Both the position numbers and the translations under genes were made by a program. Of a stretch of DNA of 64,000 bases, positions 43,100-56,417 are shown one piece after another. The first letter of the stretch is position 1; every line of letters starts with the position of its first letter. The stretch comes from Octopus vulgaris. Lineage: Eukaryota. The notes below the pieces were generated by a model that saw only the letters and a program-made list of their open reading frames with translations, did not search any database and was not told the DNA's origin. The stretch is from positions 72,912,001 through 72,976,000 of the forward strand of contig OX597830.1 in NCBI GenBank assembly GCA_951406725.2, in the 5' to 3' direction.

Positions 43100-43500
43100 T
43101 CTTTATATATAAAAGTAAGGTTGTGTGCTGTCTGTCTCCTACGATTTAGATTCCTAACTACTCCCACATATTGCGGTGCAGTTTAACCAAAACCGGGTAT
43201 CTTATAGTCGTGATTCATATCGAGCCCTTCTGGGTATTAGCGCGCGTCTACGATGAGTCTACGATTTTAAAAAAATGTTTACCATCAATTTTTCCCATTT
43301 TTAATGCATTTTTGGCATATATAAGGGAAGTAACTCTCTAAAAATTTATTATTAAATCTCAGAACGTAAAAAGCTACAATAACACCCCCTCCCCCTTTGT
43401 GGTTAGCCATATTGAGATGGCTATTATACTTTACAACTCTAAAAATGCTTATATAGTTATTTCCCTTACAAACCCGAGCAAAGCCGGGCGATACTGCTAG
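43100..43500 (+). mobile_element. Non-autonomous Helitron
   Basis: Inserted as A|TC...CTAG|T with no TSD; subterminal hairpin cccgagc-aaa-gccggg at 43473-43488. Confidence 0.8.
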
Positions 43501-43685
43501 TTTATATTATATATCATATTATACATCAAACTATTTAATAATACATAATACCGTACAGTGATAAGGCAATAATTTAATAACGAATAATCTTATTTTACAA
43601 AATGATTTTATATTAATCGTGTATATTATATATCAAAATATAGTAGATCATAGCATAACGTGTTTAATATTGTGGTATTAATTTT

Positions 43686-43856
43686 ACGTTGTGAGTTCAA
43701 ATCCCGCCGAGGTCGACTTTGCCTTTCATCCTTTCGGGGTCGATAAATTAAGTACCAGTTACACACTTGGGTCGATGTAATCGACTTAATATCTATGTCT
43801 GTCCTTGTTTGTCCCCTCTATGTTTAGCCCCTTGTGGGTAATAAAGAAATAGGTAT
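43686..43856 (+). mobile_element. SINE family C, 5' truncated
   Basis: Core and tail match 26600-26770. Confidence 0.75.
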
Positions 43857-46800
43857 TAATTTATATGAAAACGGAGTAAATAATAACCAGAGATACTGGT
43901 CCGGTTCCAGCCTGTCGTTATCCAACAATGGAGCAGCACACAAGGAGTAGATTGAACAAACAAGTCAATGCTGTGCTCATGGCGTGTTACTACATGTGGA
44001 ACCATGTAGACGAAAATGGTGCCCATATTAGGGGATACCGACATCGCATTTATGATCAATGGAGAGAAAGAGGATTGTTTCAACTCACGGAACAGAGATT
44101 ATGTGATCAAGCTGGAGCAATAAAAAAAACATCGTTGGCTCACAGAAGTAGAGCTCGAAACTACTAAAAGACGGGTATTGGAAGACAACAGCAAAAGAAA
44201 CGATGAAAATACAGTTCTTACTGATAAACATAATCTCAGTGCAGGAAACAAAGGTGAGATCTCTAATAAACCCCGGGAAAGAAACAGTGATAGCTTGCAC
44301 GATGAGAGACGTATAGATGGTATGGAAGAAGACAATAAAACCAATGGTGACATGACAGATGGGAAAAAGGCAATCTACGACAGAATGAAGGCAAAACTAA
44401 GGGAGAACGATAGCGACATTATTTTGCAACCTTAAGAAGGTTAATCGGTGGAAAAGAACCAAGAAACGAAAAATGTGAATGAAATTCTGAAATACATCGG
44501 ATCATAAAACATCACTGAAACAAATAATTTGATCAAGGCAGTAAGTATTGTTGCAGCAGAAAATATCGGTGTTGATTTAAAGAAGAAGAAATATTATGGA
44601 AGTGTCAAAAGATAAGATCCATGGTGGAAAAGATGAATACAGACGAAGTTATATACGCTCTCGAAGGACATTTCTGTGTTATACCGAAAAGAGAAAGAGG
44701 TGCTTAAAAACGGACAAAAATACAGGGCACTGAATAAGAAATATATTGAAAGAAAGGGCCTGAAAGTGGTAATGGAGGAACTGAAAAAACGTTTCGTTGC
44801 AAAGAAAGAAAATGTGGTAAGATATGCCCAAAGAATGAAGGGATACCAGCAGAATAGTTTATTCAGAGTAGATCAGAAGAGAAAAAATAGATGGAGAGTG
44901 TACAGATGAAAAGTTGATGCCAGATAACATTGTAAGTCAAAGGTTTTGGAGTGACATCTGGAGCAAAGAAAGGGAGCACAAGAATGATACTGAATGTTTA
45001 TAAGAATCGAAACAAACAGTAGATTGTCCACAACAGGCAGAAGTAGTCCTTCCCGTTAGGGAAGTGAAGGAAATCAGCAAAAAAATGGGCAACTGGAAAG
45101 CCTCAATACCAGATGGAGTTCAAGGTTACTGGATCAAAAGATTTGGTGAATGTCATGAAGAAATAGCTGCACAACTCAACATTTTTAAAATACCGACCAA
45201 ATGGTTGATAATGGGTAGGGCAGTGCTGTGCTTGAAAAGCATTGAGAAAGGCAATACGGTAGACAATTACAGGCCGATATCCTGCTTGCCACTAATGTGG
45301 AAATTATTGACAGGAATAGTCGCAGATTCAATGTACTGACAACTGGAAAAAATGGAGTCCTGCCACATGAGCAGAAAGGGTGCAAGCGTAAATGCAGAGG
45401 CATCAAGGATCAACTCCTGGTAGACAAAACTGCAAGAGGAAGAAAACTAACTTAGTCTTGTCATGGATCGATTATCGTAGCGCATACGATATGATTACAC
45501 ATTCTTGGATTATGGAATGTATGAACGTATTGCATCGAATGTTGAACGATTGCTAGGAAAAAGGATGGCGAATTGGAAGACGGACCTGACAGCATATAGA
45601 AAAAATTTAGGGACAATAGAAATCAGGAAATCTGCCAAGTGGACTGCCTGTCCCCACTGATCTTTGTACTGTGCATAATACCACTAACACTGATTCTGAA
45701 AAAAGCAATGTCTGGGTGTGTGTTCAAGAGCCACCAACAAAATGTCGACTATTTTTTATTCATGGATGGCCTCAGACTTTGTGGTAAACATGAATTCCAG
45801 CTCGGTTCCCTCGTTGATACGGTGTGTACTTTCAGTGCTGATATCAGAATGGAGTTCGGACTGACAAAGTGAGGTGTGTTAGTCTTGAAGAGCGACAAAA
45901 TTAAATGTATGGACGGGCTAGTGATGCCCTTGGGGGAGGTAATGAATCAAACAGAACAGACGAGCTATAAATACTTGGCGGTACTGGAAATGGATAAATT
46001 GATGGAGGAAGAAATGACAGAAAAATTAACGTGGAGTACTTGCGCCGAGTGATTCTTAAGTCGAAATGAAACGGACGGAATAAGATTGAAGCTATCACAC
46101 CTGGGCAGTTTCACTTCTTAGATATGGAGCAGGGATAATCGCACGGACAGAAGATGAACTAAACAGCTAAGACAGAAAAACAAGGACGTTGCTGACTAGA
46201 TATGGGATACTCTATCCATAGTTGACACAGAGAGACTGCATGCACCATAAAAAGGGAGTGGAAGAGGAATGACTGGATGCGAACACAGCATTAGGGCAGA
46301 AGAAAACAACATAGCATGGTATGTAAAAAATGCCACAGAACTGCTATTATTGGAAGTAAGAAGGTCAAGCTTGTGTAACATGGAAGATTGCAATGATAAA
46401 GCACTGTACAAGCACTTGAGAATGAATGAAACTGAAAATAGGTGGATAAAGAAAAGAATACATGGACAAATTCATAGGGATATTGAAGATAAGACAAACA
46501 GAGAAAAAAGATGGCTATGGATAACTAAAAGTGATTTAAAACCGGAAACATAGGCTCTGATCAGTGCTGACCAAGAGCAAGCATTAAGATCTAATTATTT
46601 CAAATACAGAATAGGCAAAATATCGGAAAGTGATAAGCGCAGATTTAGTGGATGAAATGGTGAAAGTGTATAACAAATTACCAGTCAACGTACGCCACTA
46701 GCACAGAAAGAATATAAGAGACGTCATGACAACATTGCAAGGATTGTCCATTGGACACTTTGCAACAAGTAAGGACTTCACAAAGCTAAAAAGTGGTAAG

Positions 46801-47278
46801 AGCATAAACCTGAAGGCATCATCGAAAATGATAATGCAAAGATCCTATGGGATCTTATGATTTAGTGCGACCATGAGGTAGACAACAGGTAACCAAACAT
46901 TGTGTTAATTGAAAAAGAAAACAGACGATGCTGGATCATAGATATAACATGCGCAGCTAACAAGGTATGTGATAAGGAAGAAAGAAAAGTCGATAGATAT
47001 GACAGATTAGCTTGGGAGGTTAAGCAGTTGTGGTCGATGAAAAAGGTGGTAGTACCAATAATTTTTGCAATCCTGGGAACTGTGAGTAAAAATCTTGAGA
47101 AGTACCTGGGACAAATGGCGGCTGCAATAAGGGTGGAGCAATTGCAGAAAACGACACTGCTTGGAACCGCTCGAATTCTCTGGATGGTACTCGAAAAATA
47201 AGGGTTGTTACCTTAGTTCACTCGTACGGAACAGCTGACACCATAGTACATCTGCAGCGTTAGAAGTTGTGCAAAGAC
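43857..47278 (+). mobile_element. Near full-length decayed R4/Dong-like non-LTR retrotransposon (RT + restriction-like endonuclease)
   Basis: N-terminus ACYY...GYRHRIYDQW...TEQRLCDQA; RT motifs NWKASIPDGVQGYWIK, NYRPISCLPLMWKLLTGI, EQKGC, WIDY, LSPLIFV, LFMDGL; EYKRRHDN; PNIVLIEK...IIDI endonuclease; 3' end runs into (TAA)n at 47278; many stops and frameshifts. Confidence 0.85.
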
Positions 47279-47401
<123 letters not shown>

Positions 47402-47414
47402 AATGATGATGATT

Positions 47415-47915
47415 GCAAGTGTTATCATGTACATTGTTTTGTCTTGGTATAAAAGATGGGCTACAGCAAATATTCTGCTCAATACCACAGATTTGCTTGT
47501 CAGTGGTTTGACCTTAACCAGTTGAGCATGTCCCTTAGTGGCTGACGATATGTGCATCTCTGATCACGAGCAGAAGTAGTGGGGGAGCATCATAGCCATG
47601 TGTTGAGAGGGATTCTTTGGGGTTTGAATAATTCACCTCTGGAAACATGGGTGGTTCTTTCAACATCCTTAAACAACCCTTATTCAGGGACCTTTTGAGC
47701 GGGATGGGCTACTCAACCTGAAGAAAATTCTAACTGGGCCCCACCTGCAAGGTCATGTGCTGTTTATCTTGATATGAGATCACCATGTCGCGCACATATG
47801 GTTGTGATGCATGTGCCTGGTGTACCTTTATCAGACGGGTAGTCATGATGGGTATATTGGGCTTCGTATATTTTACCCCAGTGTCACTTTGATGGCATGA
47901 ACTGCTCTCTCACTC

Positions 47916-47916
<1 letters not shown>
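47415..47916 (+). mobile_element. About 500-bp non-coding repeat ending at (TAA)n (putative non-autonomous TAA-targeted element)
   Basis: Lies between (GAT)n and (TAA)n arrays; a diverged partial copy is at ~38805-39000. Confidence 0.5.
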
Positions 47917-47961
<45 letters not shown>

Positions 47962-47964
47962 TTC

Positions 47965-48009
<45 letters not shown>

Positions 48010-48011
48010 GT

Positions 48012-48440
48012 AAACAATTCAGTGATAACATCAGAATGAAATTTGGCCTCGATAAATGTGCAAAAGCCACCTTTATCAAAGGAAAAATTAAAAGGAACAT
48101 CCAACGTTAATCTTGACCAGCAGAATGTCATAAATGAGTTAGAACCAGAGGAGCGCTACCAATACCTAGGGTGTATTTGACAGGGACGGGATCAAACATT
48201 CAGTTATGAGGGAAAATATCAGAAGAGAATGGTATCGCGAGGTAAGGGTAATACTCAAGAGAGAGCTGAATGCAAGGAACAGGATTGATGTGGTCACTAC
48301 TTTAGCCATGCCGGTCGCAACTTGCAGTTTCAATATCATTAACTGGTCAATACTGAATTATGTAATCTTGAGTGGAAAATGCGAAAAGTTTTGACAATGC
48401 ATAGAATGCACCACCCTAAGGCAGATATAGAACGACTTTG
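48012..48440 (+). mobile_element. R4-like RT C-terminal fragment after (TAA)n
   Basis: FGLDKCAK, YQYLG, ILKRELNARNRI, RKVLTMHRMHHPKADIERL. Confidence 0.65.
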
Positions 48441-48569
48441 TGGTGGTGGTGTTGGTGCAGATGATGATAATGATGATGTTGATGATGATGTTGATGATGG
48501 TGGTGGTGGTGGTGGTGGTGGTGGTGGTGGTGGTGACGGTGATGGTGGTGATGATATAGACATGTATAA

Positions 48570-48860
48570 TTCTCTTAAGTTTGAAGTAGTCTGGCTATGA
48601 CAAATGAAGTATGTGCAGATATTGTCAACTTTTGCTGGGTCCACGGGGCCAGTATCACAAGTCATGAAGAGGTATATAAAGCGAATCAGAATAGAGTGCC
48701 CAGTTGAACTGTTACAAAAGGTTTGTCTCCTTCGCACACCCAGAATAATCAGGGAAATATTAGATCGTAGAAAAAAAAAGAGATCGCCGGTAGCAAGCAC
48801 GCTACGCATTCAAGATTCCGAGTGTTCCAACAAAACCTGAGTTAAAAGGAATAATAAAGA
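48570..48860 (+). mobile_element. R4-like 3' terminal fragment
   Basis: ELLQKVCLLRTPRIIREIL C-terminal motif. Confidence 0.5.
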
Positions 48861-49327
48861 TAATGATAGTTTCAAAAGTTGGTAGAAGGGCAACAATTTT
48901 GAGGATGGGGTTAGGAAAGGGCATCGTCCCCAGTACTTTACTGGTTCTATGTTTTATCTAACCTCATGGTTCTCAGCAGGAAAGTTGATCTCAGCAGGAA
49001 TTGAATTGAAATGCCGGAAAAAATACTATAAGGCATTTTCCGACGGTTTAACCTGCAAATTCGCAGGTATATGATTGACATTTTGAAGGGATGGGTTAAT
49101 AGATCCAATAAATCCCAAGTACTTGACTGGTATACTACATTATCGAGCCTGTGGGGTTGGAATCAAAATTATCCCTGGCAGGATTCGGCATCAAAAAAGT
49201 GCTAGAATACCACAAATCATTTTTTTCCGACGTTCAAACGATTTTGATGGTGATAATGATGATGATGATGATGAATATGATGATGACGACAACGACGAAC
49301 TACTACTACTACTACTACTACTACTCT

Positions 49328-49540
49328 TTGTGTGTCTGTACTTGTCCCTCCAACATCACTTGACAACCGATGCTGGTGTGTTTACGTCCCCGTAACTTAG
49401 CGGTTCGGCAAAAAGGACCGATAGAATAAGTACTAGGCTTACAAAGAATAAGTCCCATGGTCGATTTGCTCGACTAAAGGCTGTGCTCCAGCATGACCTC
49501 AGTCACATAACTGAAACAAGTAAAAGCCTAAAGAGAGTAA
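49328..49540 (+). mobile_element. SINE family A 3' half
   Basis: Match to 3955-4160. Confidence 0.8.
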
Positions 49541-49742
49541 GAAAAATAATCCAGAATCCTTGTCCGCTACCTGATTGATCCCAATGGTAGTCATGGAATG
49601 TGAAGGTGGGTGTGCGGTCCGGGTTTGTAATGCTCTGTGTGTGTCGTCTGCAGTGGGGACAGTTTTTCTCTATGAAGGTCTTTTCTTAACCTATCCACTG
49701 ATATAATGCGTTTCTAACCATTACGGTCTGTAGTGAAAAAGT

Positions 49743-49838
49743 TATCCGTGCGTGAAAGAAAACTGTGTGAAACCTGCATACGGTGCTATTTATCCGTATG
49801 TGAAAGAAAACGGCGTGAAACCTGCATACGGTGCTGTT
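49743..49838. repeat. 48-bp tandem duplication
   Basis: tatccgt...gtgaaagaaaac...gtgaaacctgcatacggtgct occurs twice (49743 and 49791). Confidence 0.75.
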
Positions 49839-50544
49839 AACGGGGGTTTAACAATATCGTTGCGCACAAAAAAGTGATTCGAAGAAGTAAAGATTCCTTG
49901 AAGGTAGAGCTAGAAATGCAATTGTGAAGTAAGTAAGAAGTTTTAAACGGGAGCGATATATTCAAAAGTGGTAAAACTAAAAATTATCGAGGATAAATTA
50001 AATTTATTATTGTTGTTGAAAATGTTAGTGTTATTTAATTTCTGAACGGTTTTGCTGCCGTTTCTTTATGTAGATTGTTTACTTCATCCACCAGGTTCTA
50101 CTAAGATAGAGACGCAAGTAAAATTAATAATAATGAGACGGGAAAAAAACTTTGGAAACAGCAACACCGCCATAACCTACTACGATTTAAAAGCGACATT
50201 TATATATGAATAATTGACTGAAAATTGATGCGCTAACGCCAGCCAGAACCGAACCCACAAATCAGCCCTTACACGGCTAAATGCGTATTCGATTCAGCCA
50301 AATATTCACCCATCAATTTTAGACATTTTGTGAATATATACTTTAACAATATAATTTTACTGTCCACCACTACATGTAATATTAGTGTGTCTGCGTATAT
50401 TTGGGTGATTTGTCTCCAAGACTTTAGAACGAGTGTATGCGTTTGTGCACTTTCCACGACATACACACAGACACATAACACACACATACACACAAACACA
50501 GACACATATATATATAGACATACACAAACACACACACATACACA

Positions 50545-50637
<93 letters not shown>

Positions 50638-51039
50638 GCACACACACGTACACACATACACACATATGCTGTTTGAACAGTGAGCCAATCGCCTCGTAGC
50701 AACAGCTGTGATAGACATACATGCACAAGTGTTCTTTTGGAGTCTGTATGATACTTCTTGCTTGCTTGCGTTGTTTATACACTACTAGCAATAAATTTTC
50801 TTTAGGTAAAGTGACGGTGTCATTTTTTTAATGCATAATTTTATAGCTTTGTGCTGCGTGGATTATGTGCCCTAGCAAACCTTTCATAGACTTATGTTTA
50901 ACAAATCATAATGCATCTCTGTATATATTTATATACTCACACCAACGTATGCGTTTTGGTACACTCACATCACACTTGCATACAGATGATAAGTCACACA
51001 CAGGAACACGAAAATACACTCATATACATATGTATATAA

Positions 51040-51200
51040 ACAGTGTAAAATTAACGACGCAACTTGAAGTAATCCGGCGAGGCTACACTAAGAAGATCGT
51101 CTCAACACGACATATCAGCTACTGGGGTAGATTAAAAGAATTAAGAATCTACTTCCTAGAACGAAGACAGGATGTACATCTGGAAAATACTACAAGAACT
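51040..51200 (+). mobile_element. CR1-like LINE C-terminal fragment
   Basis: LEVIRRGYTKKI...SYWGRLKELRIYFLERR. Confidence 0.55.
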
Positions 51201-51247
51201 TGTACCGTCGTGATGCATGACCAGATACTGCAACAGCTTCGGCTTTA

Positions 51248-51397
51248 ATGATGATTTTATTGAATAAATTCATTCTTTAATATAGTATTTCAAGATATTT
51301 TTATGTAATTTTGGTAAATATATCTCTTGAAATGAGATATCATTGTTATTTTCATTTTTGCGTAACTTAGACGACAGTTTATTCTTCGCACCCTGTA
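51248..51397 (+). mobile_element. 3' terminal fragment of the 2985-3738 transposon family
   Basis: Matches 3612-3738 and ends ...caccctg|TA. Confidence 0.6.
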
Positions 51398-51403
51398 TAT
51401 GTA

Positions 51404-51456
<53 letters not shown>

Positions 51457-51461
<5 letters not shown>

Positions 51462-51661
51462 ATCCAAACAAGAAAACCCCAAAAAAACACAACAACGCAA
51501 GGACGTGGAACAAATAAAGTATTATTGGACGCTCAGGGAAGAAGAGAAGAAGGAGGGTTTAACGTTTCGAGAGGAGCTCTTCGTCGGAAACATAGGAGAA
51601 GGAAAAATCCCGAGAAGGGAAGACAGAGGAAAAAAATCGCCAGTGGTACTCACGAGGTCAC

Positions 51662-51662
<1 letters not shown>
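51457..51662 (-). mobile_element. (TA)n-embedded HHR-bearing repeat, family 2, copy 2
   Basis: Homologous to 31241-31427 with the same boundaries; flanked by (TA)n on both sides. Confidence 0.65.
51557..51591 (-). ncRNA. Second copy of the 31336-type minimal hammerhead-like motif
   Basis: Reverse complement gttt-CCGACGA-a-gagc(tcc)tctc-GAAA-cg-TT-aaac; perfect 4-bp stem I and ACGU palindrome. Confidence 0.58.
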
Positions 51663-51716
<54 letters not shown>

Positions 51717-51719
<3 letters not shown>

Positions 51720-51890
51720 CGAGTTTACGAAAAAACACAAAGGAGGAAGACAGGTGGTGTACAAAACAAACAGATGTATTAGTATAACGCTCAGGAATAG
51801 GAAAAGGGTTTTACGTTTCGAGCCTACGCTCTTCTACACAGAAAAAACAAGGAGAGAAACAAGGAGGGGGAAAATGCGTGAAGTGGCTAA
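51717..51890 (-). mobile_element. (TA)n-embedded HHR-bearing repeat, family 3, copy 1 (core broken by a small deletion)
   Basis: Homologous to 57054-57211; begins at (TA)n. Confidence 0.6.
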
Positions 51891-51952
51891 CATACACATG
51901 TATATATATGTTTGAAGAGTGAGAGAGAGAGAGAGGGGAGAATGAAAGAGAG

Positions 51953-51984
<32 letters not shown>

Positions 51985-52101
51985 GGGGAGAGTGAAAAAG
52001 AGAGTGTTTGTGTATGAAACAAAGAGAGAGAGAGAAAGAGACTTTGATAAGTAAAGATATTCACATATATTTATGCATGTATATATTTTTGAATGTATGT
52101 A

Positions 52102-52148
<47 letters not shown>

Positions 52149-52636
52149 ATGTATGTACGTATGTATATATATATATGCTATCTCTTGACGTACTGGTTAG
52201 TTCTAAAAGTACATGAACTAAATATATAAAATTAATGGCCAAAACCAATATTCTAAATATTGTTGTAACAAATAACATTTCTATTTTCTTCTGCCGGGTT
52301 GTTTACTATTCCCTGCCCATAAGTATTGTACATCATTATTGTTTTGATGTTTCCTTTACTTGTAAATTTTATTTATCTCGGTTCCTCGGTTCGGTTACGC
52401 ATTAAAAATATTTTTCTAGTCATTGAGCTTTCTATATTTAGCGCACGGGCACTCGCGAATACATGTGTAGTTAAATTATATACATTGATATATAATTACA
52501 TGCATAAGTATATACACAGACTCACCCTCTCTCCATCTTTCTCTCCCTCTCTTTCTCCCTCTCTCTCCCTCCCACTCGCTTTCCCCCTTCCTCCCTCTCC
52601 TCCCTCCCTTTCACACATACGCATACACACACACGC

Positions 52637-52670
<34 letters not shown>

Positions 52671-52756
52671 GGAGGTAAAGAAAGAGAGATGCAGACAATG
52701 AGAGACAGAGATTTTCGAAGATACCTACACACACACACACGCACACACACACACAC

Positions 52757-52851
52757 CAAGACCTTGTGAATGGATTTGGTAGACGGAACCTGAAAGAAGC
52801 GCGTCGCATATATATATATATATATATATATGTTTACATATATATATATAT

Positions 52852-52932
<81 letters not shown>

Positions 52933-53129
52933 TATATATCTCTGCATTTGTCCCACCAGCATCACTTGTCAACCGATGCTAGTGCGTTTACGTCCCCGTA
53001 ACTTAGCGGTTCGGGAAAAGGCGCCGATAGAATATGTACTAGGTTTACAAAGAATAAATGCTGGGTCAATTTGCTCGATTACAGGCGGTGCTCTAGCATG
53101 ACTGCAGTCAAATGACAGAAAGAAAAGAA
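52757..53129 (+). mobile_element. SINE family A, 5' truncated
   Basis: Match from ccttgtga to the tail. Confidence 0.75.
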
Positions 53130-53200
53130 TATATATAAACTTTATATGTGCGTGTATATATATATATATATATATATATACACGCACATATATCATACAT

Positions 53201-53202
<2 letters not shown>

Positions 53203-53232
<30 letters not shown>

Positions 53233-53330
53233 AAGAAGAAGAAGAAGAAGAAGAAGAAGAAGAAGAAGAAGAAGAAGAAGAAGAAGAAGAAGAAGAAGAA
53301 GAAGAAGAAGAAGAAGAAGAAGAAGAAGAA
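53203..53330. repeat. (AAG)n microsatellite
   Basis: Pure AAG run abutting the PLE RT relic. Confidence 0.95.
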
Positions 53331-53334
53331 GGTG

Positions 53335-54410
53335 CTTGTATTAGAAACTATAGTACAAATCTATTTTGCCAGATTGAAAGGGATATTCATTCTAGTATGT
53401 CTGGGGTGGCATGAGTTGAACGGTAGGTTTGCTTGTGTGTCCGTGGACTTATAGTATATATCTGTTTCTATGTTGTTGTTTGATTTCTTAATGAGGATGT
53501 CGAGGAATGGAAGTCGTTAATGGTTATACTCCATTGTAAGTTGAATATTTATGTTAAGTCCATTTATAAGTGCTTGGAATACTTTAAGTCATTCTATACC
53601 TTCATGCTAAAAAATCGAATAGTCATCCAGATACCGCTTCCAGGAGAAAGGGTTGCTATAGTGTTCTAGTACCTTACGAGAAAGGCTGATATCTAGATAT
53701 TCTATGACTAGGTTAGCAAAGGAGGGTGCCATTCTTGTAACCATTGCAGTACCCGATTTTTTTTCGATAGAAGTTCTCTTTGAAGAAAAAGTAGCTATTC
53801 TCCAAGATGAATTTCAGCCCTACTACATTACGCATTCTTTTTGATGCGATGTGGGAGTTCATTGGAGTAATTCTCTAGTCAGAAATGAATTTTGTCTATT
53901 ACTAGGCTGTGGGAGATATTAGAATTGATTTTGAATATATCGAAGGATACTAGTAGGGTGTTTTTGTTTATTGTTTTAGGGAGCTGATTGAGCATGTCTA
54001 GGTCATCCCTTATGTAGCTTCTGATATGCTTGCTTGAGGAATGGTTTTAAGAGGGTATCTAAAACGTTACTGAGGCGGTGGGTTTCGCATGCGGGCCTTT
54101 CAATATAGGTCTTAATTAGATGTCATTGGGAGTAGGGACCTTCATTATTATGTATGTGGCTATCCTGCATGACTTACTTATTTTCTCACTTTTGGGTATC
54201 TTAGAAATATCGTAAAATTGATTGGAATTACTTTTGAAGTTAGTCATATAAACGTATTCCTTCTCAGTGAGCCCTTCTCTGTATGGTTTTAACATATGTT
54301 TTAGGTTTCTCATTATTTTCTGCTGACTGTGGTGTTGGTCCTTTTCATAATATGCTGTGTCTTCCAACATGGATAATACTAGAGATAGTGTACCGGGTCC
54401 ATTAAGACAA
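53335..54410 (-). pseudogene. Penelope-like element (probably Neptune-type) reverse transcriptase relic
   Basis: Minus-strand frames give LRPILKGP, SYIRDDLDML, LLVSFDI, GTAMVTRMAPSFANL, RYLDD, PFLDILIK, TDIYYKSTDT and NSCHPRHTRMNIPFNLAK, with stops and frameshifts; ends at an (AAG)n array. Confidence 0.8.
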
Positions 54411-54426
54411 CTACACTCAATTTTGG

Positions 54427-54810
54427 TGGAAGCACTCCGTCGGTTACGACGACGAGGGTTCCGGTTGATCCGAATCAACGGAACAGCCTGCTCGTGAAAT
54501 TAACGTGTAAGTGGCTGAGCACTCCACAGACACGTGTACCCTTAACGTAGTTCTCGGGTATATTCAGCGTGACACAGAGAGTGACAAGGCCGGCCCCTTG
54601 AAATACAGGTACAACAGAAACAGGAAGTAAGGGTGAGAGAAAGTTGTGGTGAAAGAGTACAGCAGGGATCACCACCATCCCCTGCCGGAGCCTCGAGGAG
54701 CTTTAGGTGTTTTCGCTCAATAAACACTCACAACGCCCGGTCTGGGAATCGAAACCATGATCCTCTGACCGCGAGTCCGCTGCCCTAACCACTGGGCCAT
54801 TGCGCCTCCA
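54427..54810 (-). mobile_element. SINE family B copy
   Basis: Near-identical to 9181-9568. Confidence 0.85.
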
Positions 54811-54869
54811 CAATACTCACTTTATGTAAACATGTAAAACAGCATGAGAGAAAACGTTACCTTATTTTT

Positions 54870-55245
54870 TTCAGTCATGAATCTGCGACCATACTGGGAC
54901 ACCGCCGTGAATTTATAGTCGAATGAATCAACCCCCCGTACTTATTTTTTAAGCCTGATACTTATCCTATCGGTTTATTTTGCCGGGGATGCAAACTCAT
55001 CAACACCGGTTGTCAAGTGGTGATGGGGAGAGAAACACAGAAAGAAACACACTCACACTCACTCACTCACACACACACATATACGACGGACTTCTTTCAA
55101 TTTCCTTTTACCAAATCCACTCACAAGGCTTTGGTTCCTCCGAGCTATAGTAGAAATCACTTTCCGCATATGCCACGCAGTGGGACTGAACCTAGAATTA
55201 TGAGGGTGGGAAGCAAGCTTGTTACCTCACAGCCACGCTGCGCCT
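54870..55245 (-). mobile_element. Diverged SINE family A copy
   Basis: Reverse-complement similarity across head and tail. Confidence 0.65.
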
Positions 55246-56133
55246 ATTAGTGGACGTAGCGTGGAATTTTATTCGCTATTGCATCGATTTTACCTCAAGT
55301 TTTACCCCTAACTACCCGCAATACCCCAAATTTTGCAGTAAATTTTAGCTTTGTTTCTAAGAAGAATTATTTTGGAAACAGACGTTAATGTAGAATGCTT
55401 AAAGTCTTTAAAGGTTTGGTTTCTTGTCAGAATACCAATGGATGTTATATTTTAAGAGTTCAGCATGAAACAATGGAACTTTTTTTTTTTCTCACACCTA
55501 GTTCATCCAAATTCCTTCCGATGCAGCATTCCGCAAAAGATGAAGGTATCGTCAAATAAATATTAATAAATGCAACTTAACGATTCCGCGTCAGTCACGA
55601 TTGCATTGTAGTCGAGGATAAAGTGAGAAAGGCAATAAGAGAAAGGAATAGTGAGAGAGAAAGAGAGAAAGAGAGAAAGAGAGAAAGAGAGAGAGAGAGA
55701 TGGCAAGAGCGACTATTCTGTAGGAACACGAACAAGAATATCTGAATTCTGAGCACGTGTAGCGCGGTGTGAAAACGAAGACGATATTTATGGCACAAGC
55801 TTTGTTAAGAACATCGGGATTAGAAAGACAAGGGGAGATAAGTGTGTTAGTTAGTATGAAGTATTATGGAGAACGTATGATGGAGACAGAAAGAGTTTTG
55901 GGTGAATTCACAAATGAAAAATATTGCTTTTGTATATTTTTCCTGAACAAAGTGACTGTAAATTCACTGTGTTATTATATAGGAATATCTATTATATTGA
56001 CGTCAAATTGTGGCTTAAATTTAAGGCAGCATGAAACTACACCATAATACAATAACTCTTAACATATTACTGATGTAATGATAGGATACATATATGACAG
56101 ATTTAAGGTTGTTACGTTATATATACGTGTATG

Positions 56134-56168
<35 letters not shown>

Positions 56169-56321
56169 CTGCCTGCCTGTCTATCTCTGTCTCTCTCCAT
56201 ATGTATATATATAGAGAGAAATAGAGAAAGACAGAGAGGATGCGAGAGGTAGACAGATAGGTATATAGTTAGGTACACACATATATATACGCACAAATAC
56301 ATGTGTATATGCATAAGCGTG

Positions 56322-56355
<34 letters not shown>

Positions 56356-56417
56356 AGTGCGTGTGTGTGTGTGTGTATACATATACATACACACACACAC
56401 GCACATATATATATATC

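Noticed and set aside
52430-52475. gcg...cgc-GAAT-acatgt-GTA possible decayed hammerhead
   Set aside because: No recognisable CUGANGA core or stem I.
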